A stretch of 58,022 bases of DNA, the filler included, from Circinaria calcarea (Eukaryota): assembly GCA_051942165.1 (NCBI GenBank). It is 6 parts of 6 records of this genome, joined end to end, with 100 filler letters (N's around TTAATTAATTAA, not from the genome) between each part and the next. Parts side by side here need not be neighbours in the genome. Positions count along the whole stretch, not along the records: positions 48,458 to 58,022 come from JAVECS010000914.1; 5 more parts are not named here. One strand, 5' to 3'. Both the position numbers and the translations under genes were made by a program. Below, piece by piece: positions 51,078-58,022 of the stretch (position 1 is its first letter; the number at the start of each line of letters is the position of its first letter). The notes under the pieces were generated by a model that was not told the DNA's origin, did no database searches, and saw only the letters and a program-made list of their open reading frames with translations.

Positions 51078-53729
51078 ATGCTGTCTCTTGCGGCTCCGGC
51101 AGTATTTGACTTGAAAACGCAAGGCCGGCTGTATCTCGCAATGTTACTACTCATCTTACTTACGTTCTCTGCCTTGATGGAAGCATTCCAAACGACATCG
51201 GAAGGACCATCGATTCTTAGCAACGCATCTTTGCTATGGGGCCCATATCGGCCTAACCTGTATCTTGGCATACGGCCACGAATACCAAATTCGTTGCTCA
51301 TGGGCTTGATGTGGTCCAATGCCGATAGTCCTTCAGATATCTCGAAAAGTATGTATCAACAAGACTTTAATTGCACTGTTCTATCTACTGATTTTGGCCC
51401 AACCTCAAGATCTACGACATACATGCGAGCAAGATGAGGGCATGGCAGGCTACGGTTGGACAGCCTACGACGTCCGGAAAGGAGGCATGCAAGTTGTCAA
51501 TGATACCGGAAACAAACTGGACTTGATTACCCAGTTTTCCAAGGTCTCCGATGATAAACGTAGTGGGAACTGGGGCCTGAGAGTCAAAGGTATCCCAAGG
51601 GCGAATGCACGTGACCATGAGAAGACCACTTTGATATTCTATATTGGAAGCGAGGAATTAGATTCAAAAATAAAATGTACGAAAGGGAACAAAATCAACC
51701 CATCCAACAGTGATGTAGTCTGCGATGGTATGATGGTCGGCTTGCACAATTTCAAGTTACAGATTCCAGACTATCCAGCTGACAGCGACTCTTTTCAAAG
51801 GACGTCTGTCAAGAGTTTGACAGTTCCCGCAGACACTATCTGGCAGGCAAAATCGATATTCATCGAACAACTCAAGGGCGGTGACTCTCACGAAGGAATC
51901 GTTGCAGATAACCCTGCAGAAGGAAATCTTCATTTTATTCAAAAAAGCTTCGAGGGAGGTTTTGAATTCGACGTGCTCTTCTCTTCAGACTCAACCTCTG
52001 AAGCGATGACATCCAGTACTCTGATGGACGGTATCGAAGATGCGTTGTCCACGTTTGGTAAGCGTTTCCAGTCAGTTTACTCGCCCCAAGCGCCATTCCA
52101 GGACGAGCAGCATATCAAATTCTCACAATCTCTTCTTTCTAACCTCATGGGAGGGATTGGATACTTTCACGGAACAAGCAAAGTCGACGTCTCTTATGCG
52201 CCAGAATATGCCGAAACTGACCAAAACTTCTGGGAAGAAGCCGCTTCGGCTCGATCCCGTACTGTTGTTCAAGACCAAGGCCCTTTCCAGCTCTTTAGCG
52301 CAATACCCTCGAGGCCATTTTTCCCTCGAGGCTTTCTATGGGACGAAGGCTTCCATCTGCAAGTTATTCTGAGCTGGGACGTAGACCTCGCTCTAGAAAT
52401 TGTCTCAAGTTGGTTCGATTTAATGGACGAAAATGGCTGGATTGCCAGAGAACAGATTCTCGGTCATGAGGCTAGAAGCAAGGTTCCATCACAGTTCCAG
52501 ACACAATATCCGCATTATGCGAACCCACCGACTTTGTTCTTGGTTGTCCAGGCGTTTGTCGCAAGACTCAGTGAAGTATTACCCTATTCAGGAGCTCCGA
52601 GTCGGTATCTGAGTGATCCTGCGGCAGGAAAAGCCTTTTTGGAGGTGATTTATCCAAAGCTGAAGAAACATTATGAATGGTTCTGTCGAACACAGGCTGG
52701 TAATCTAAAGAACTATCAACTTCCCGGTTCTGACTTCAATCGAGGATACCGATGGCGAGGTCGCACACCACAACATATCCTTACCTGTGGCCTTGATGAT
52801 TACCCTCGTGCGCAGCCACCTCATCCAGAGGAATTGCACGTGGATGCTCTTTGCTGGGTTGGCTCTATGGCCGTGGCTTTGGGGAAGATCTCGGCTTTTC
52901 TTGGCGAGAAAGAAGACCAGAAACTGTTCTCGAAGCACAAGACCGACCTTGTTCGGAGCATTGACGGAATTCACTGGTCTGAGCCCGATCAAGCATATTG
53001 CGATACAACTGTAGTAGCTGGAAACCGGGTAGAAAAGGTCTGCCACAAGGGGTATATTTCGCTGTTCCCGTTCCTCGTGGGTCTCATGGGTCTAGACCAC
53101 CCTCATCTTGAAGCTGTGCTGAATCTGATACGGGATCCGGAGGAGCTGTGGAGTTCTCACGGCGTGCGTAGTCTAAGCCCCAAGGACAAGTACTACGGTA
53201 CAGATGAAAACTACTGGAGAGGTCCAATCTGGATCAATATCAACTACATGGCGATGGAAAGATTATTGGTAAGAATGCTCCGTCTACATCCCTCCTTATC
53301 TCGGCTATAGAGTACCATAGCTCATTCAAAGATCAGGAACTCGCTCAACAGCCGGGCCCATGTCAGCCAAAAGCGCGTAAGATATACGCGGAGCTTCGGC
53401 TGAACCTGGGAAACACAGTATTCAAGTCCTGGAAGGAGACAGGCTTTGCATGGGAGCAGTATAACCCGGACACGGGCAAAGGCCAAAGAACTCAGCATTT
53501 TACAGGTTGGACTTCATTGATCGTGAGGATTCTCAACATGCCTGATCTTCCACCGAGATCTCAGCCGCAAATGCCCGGTCTCAATAACCAACCGACTGAT
53601 GTAAATGGCTGGAGCATGACGCTAATCCTCGTAATAATAGGGATGTTGTTGATTTGTTTTCTGTTCCGGAAAAATCTTATCAGAATCTTAACAAGGAATT
53701 TGGTAAAAGGTGGGGGAAATATCGATTAG
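51078..53729 (+). CDS. CWH41: GH63 mannosyl-oligosaccharide glucosidase I, Cwh41-like (exons 51078 or 51141-51348, 51410-53268, 53337-53729)
   Basis: LLWGPYRPNLYLG, LRHTCEQ, PSRPFFPRGFLWDEGFH, GWIAREQILG, GLDDYPRA, YWRGPIWININY, WEQY and FTGWTSL. Confidence 0.9.
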
Positions 53730-55317
53730 CAGTAATTAAGAATAAACAGTATATATTCCGTGCTAAGCAGCTACCTGCTTTCCGTAACAAGTTAAAAAGC
53801 ATTAATGTAAGATATCAAAATTACAATAACTTATTATATCCTCCCAATAGTGCACACCTTGGCTACATAAGAGAAACCGGTTAACTAGGGTTCGCATCGA
53901 CCAGGTGCCGGTTGCGCATGGTTCGAGAGGTAAATAGCTTACCGTCTACGATTTATAAAATCGCGTCCTATTCACCGGTCTATAAAACCCTTTTGGGGGC
54001 TTCTTATTTTCCGTTACCACGAACCGCCCTTCATATATAGGTGCCTCCTCTTGTTGCAGCGTTTGCCCACTTGCCTATCGTGGGAAACCGACCGATTCGA
54101 ACACGCGTGGTTAGGGCAATTTATCGATAGGATAGAAATGCATTATATACAGTATGTCTGATGATGCTGGCAGAATCTAGACTCAGGGTCATGCTGAGAC
54201 AGCCGGCTACGGGAGATCCCAGAAATGGAAGCCCATTGCCACTTGTGGAGTCGCTCAATCTCCTTAAGCTCAGCCACTATCGGGGACGGATTGATAGCGA
54301 AGTCGTATTTGATAGAAGGCTTCCACCAATCGTTTCAAATGCCGCATCAGATCCATGCGACTCCGGAATCTGAGGGGAAGATCCACAGCCGGCCGCCCAG
54401 GAAAACGGCCGGTCCGTATTTAGTGCCGGCCCGGAACCCTTAATTGCTTCCAGCGCACGTGCCAGCATCGGGGATGGAGAGGATTGCTTCTACACCTTCA
54501 TTCTGATGGGGAAAAGGGTGGGGGGCTTTGATCTGGCAAGCACTTGACTGATAGGAGACGGTCCTATCTTATCGGGAGACGACCTGTTGATTTTCGGGAG
54601 CTCCAGGACGTGATCGGTCTGCATTAGGCCCACTTTGTTGTGCATCCATCTCTGTCGACATTCTTTCACACCATCAGTAGTCCGTTATCATCGTGGTAAG
54701 ACAGTGCGGGACCACAAAGATGCTACTGCAGTGCAGGTGCTGGTCTCATGATGTAATAGGGCATTAGTGAATGGGTCTTGACCTTCTCGTCGTCTACTCG
54801 TCCAAGTCGACGAGTAGAATACCTTAATCGCTCTTATCTACAGTCTTTGGCTCTTGCACGGTTGCCACCAGTTTCCTGCTGCTTTTTCGACTGGGATGGC
54901 CCCCTCTTAAGGATTAGATCTACATGGCCGTCGTCGAACCTATGTACCTGCCTAAGATAGCTGATGTCGAAACATTAGATGGCGACTAGTCTGGAAAGCT
55001 AAGGTATGCGAGATTTCGACCATCTCAGCTTTGGACGCGACCTGCCACTCGAATTCATGCAGTCACCTTCCAACTCGAACGCATGACTCTCCGACACCTC
55101 TGGTTTGATTCTGCAGTGAGTACAGCTGGGATGCGTATGCGGAACGGCGATCGAACCTCTGAAGGATTCCACCTCCAAGGACTGGGTTTCTGCGTGTCTA
55201 CAGTGCCTGCATCATGTTGGGATCCTCCAACATGCCTTTTCAGCGCTGCCCTAATCTATATAATGCCCACTTCTTCTCGCCTCTTTGCTACCCCGTTGCT
55301 AAGGAGAGCCCGCAAAG

Positions 55318-57699
55318 ATGCACCTTCGTCTTCTTGCCGCCGTTGGTACGCTCGCCCTCAGTGTGATTGCTGCCCCGGCCCCGTCCTCGCACGTCGTACA
55401 TGAGCGTCGTGACCATGTCCCTCATGCTTGGGTCAAGTGGGAGAAACTCAATGCCAAAGTGAAGCTGCCCGTTCGGATTGGTCTGACCCAGAGCAATCTC
55501 GACAGAGGTCATGATCTCCTTATGGAAGTGTAAGTTTCTGCCTGATTGGACCGGTAGCCCCCAAGATAACTTGGAAGAGTTGCCGGCCCAAAAATTTTTT
55601 ACGTTCATAGGGCCTAATGTCCTTGACAATAGTTCCAAGCATGACTCGCCGAAATATGGTCAACATTATACTCCCGAGGAAGTCATTGATATCTTTGCTC
55701 CTCCACAGGCCACTGTCGATGCCGTCCGTGGCTGGCTCGAAGGAGCTGGTATTGAGGCACATCGGATTTCCCAGTCTGTTAACAAGCAGTGGTTGCAATT
55801 TGAGGCCTCGACAAAAGAGGTTGAGACCTTGCTGCACACCAAGTACCATATCTATAAACATGCTACCACTGGCAAGTCCAATGTGGCCTGCGACGAGTAT
55901 GTATATTGAATAACTACCCAAGCAATAAAGCGTCATGCTGATGACCCTCGAAAGGTATCACGTTCCGGCTCATGTCCAAGAGCACATCGATTACATTACT
56001 CCTGGTATCAAACTCTTTACAACCGGCGGTAAAGTCTTCACCGGCGAGAACATCGAGAAGCGCGGCCTTGGTCGGGGTAGAAGCCACAAGTATCCACCCA
56101 TCCTGGAGCCACTGCCTGGACTGGTAGCACAAGTCATGGCCGACATAGCTGTCGGCAGTCTGGATATTTGCAGCGCTGTCATTACGCCGGATTGTGTCAA
56201 GGGTATGGATTTGGCAACCCAATCTATCTAAGGAACTCTCAGCTAATAAGTCGGATAAGCTCTTTACAATGTGACAGCGCCTAATCTAACCCCGAACCCG
56301 GCTAATAGCCTTGGTATCTTTGAATCTCTAGGTGATGTCTACAGCCAAGAAGATTTGGACATGTTCTTCGCAAGTCTTGCCCCGTAAGAATCGCCTACAT
56401 TTATGTAAAAAGCAAGGTTACTGATTAGTTTAGCAACATTCCGCAAGGAACGCATCCCATCCTTGCGGCTGTGGACGGCGCTACCGCCCCAGCCCCTGTT
56501 ACTTTGGCCGGTCCTGAATCAGACTTGGATTTTCAGCTCGCCTATCCGCTGATATATCCTCAGACGACCACTTTATTCCAAACTGACGATGATGTTTACC
56601 AAAACAACTATACCTTCAATGGGTTCCTGAACACCTTTCTAGACGCGATTGATGGAAGTTATTGTACATATACAGCCTTTAATCAGACGGGAAATGATCC
56701 AGGCCTTGATCCCATCTACCCTAACCCCAATCCAGCTGGATACCAAGGTCCGCTGCAGTGCGGTGTCTATACACCCACCCCTGTCATTTCGATTTCATAC
56801 GGTGGACAAGAGCCGGACCTCCCGGCTAATTATCAGCAACGTCAGTGCAATGAGTTCATGAAGTTGGGGTTGCAGGGGGTCTCCATTGTCATTGCGTCTG
56901 GTGACTCTGGTGTTGCTGGCCGTCCTGGTGATGATGGTCCAAACGGCTGCCTCGGACCGGACAGTACTATCTTTTCACCCGACTTCCCAGCTACTTGTCC
57001 CTACCTTACTACCCTCGGAGGGACATTCCTTCCTGCTGGGGCCGATGTCACGGCCGACGCGGAGATAGCCGTCACCCGCTTTCCCTCTGGCGGTGGCTTC
57101 TCAAACATCTATCCCATTCCTGAATACCAGGCTGATGCTGTGGCTGCCTACTTTGCCAATTACAACCCACCGTATCCGTACTACGAGAGTATCAATAATG
57201 ATAGTTTCGGCGCTAACGGCGGTGTTTACAACCGTATCGGACGTGGATACCCTGACTTCTCGGCGGTGAGATTGGTGCATCCGATTCTGATAATAAGAGT
57301 TCAATCTAATTGGATCTTTAGGTTGGCGATCGCGTCCTCATCTTCAACACCGGACGTCCGAGGTTGATTGGCGGGACTTCGGCCTCCACACCTGTCTTTG
57401 CGGCCATACTCAATCGTATTAATGAGGAACGTCTAGCCGTTGGTAAGAGCACGGTTGGCTTTGTTAACCCGACTCTGGTAAGTAGCCGCTGGGCAGACTC
57501 CTCTCTGGTTTTCTTACATTAAAATCCTAATTACGAGATATAGTATGCGCATCCAGAGGTCCTCCATGACATTACGGTGGGAAGTAATCCAGGGTGTGGC
57601 ACCGATGGATTTGCGGTTGCTCCGGGCTGGGACCCCGTCACTGGGCTGGGAACTCCAAACTATCCGGAGATGTTGGACCTTTTTATGAGCCTGCCCTGA
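55318..57699 (+). CDS. Secreted sedolisin-family (S53) tripeptidyl-peptidase/aorsin-like protease, about 7 exons
   Basis: Signal peptide MHLRLLAAVGTLALSVIA and prodomain HVVHERR..SPKYGQHYT. Catalytic ESDLD, SGDSG and GGTSAS, plus GWDPVTGLG. Confidence 0.95.
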
Positions 57700-58022
57700 T
57701 CATAGGTTACAGCAATGGCTATGTAAATGATTCGATTGGATAAAGGATCTAGTATATAAAGTTGGAACTCTATATAAGACATTTGCTAGGCTAATCTCGT
57801 CGAAGTGGTGGAAATGAAACCTGTACAGCCCGATAGATGTACGTAGGCGAGAACGAACTGGAAGTGGAGTGAAGTCACAAGATGAAGCATTCGTGACTAT
57901 TGACCGATGATGAAATTCTACGGCGAACATCTGGCAACCGGCCACCCCTGAAGATGCCAATTCACTCCTCACGGAAAAACCCCCTTTTTTCACTACCCCC
58001 CCCCCATTCCCAAGCCACCTCC

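Overview
This window is eukaryotic DNA from a filamentous ascomycete. Short GT-AG introns with CTRAC branch sites and the gene set support Pezizomycotina; a lichen-forming Lecanoromycete is my inference from the secreted-protein types. It is not one locus. Six contigs (9601, 9597, 9595, 9593, 9571 and 9565 bp, in descending length) are joined by artificial 100-bp N44-TTAATTAATTAA-N44 linkers. Contig 1 holds VPS33, HTS1, a MidA/NDUFAF7-type methyltransferase, an orphan ORF and a terminal 84-bp perfect inverted repeat. Contig 2 holds two convergent genes for tandem-domain effector/toxin-like proteins and a homeodomain-like/C2H2 protein. Contig 3 holds a BTB protein, RNA 3'-phosphate cyclase, a HET-domain protein and a truncated lipase. 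Contig 4 is a compact secondary-metabolite cassette (A-T-R NRPS-like reductase, three-repeat Myb factor, SDR) flanked by decayed repeats. Contig 5 holds striatin/PRO11, RAD14, PHO88 and a 54-aa Cys-rich micro-protein missing from the ORF track. Contig 6 holds a membrane-anchored fucose-lectin-like protein, a GH63 glucosidase with an unusual C-terminal hydrophobic segment and an S53 peptidase. I saw no rRNA, tRNA or CRISPR array. Exon boundaries were read by eye and no database searches were run.
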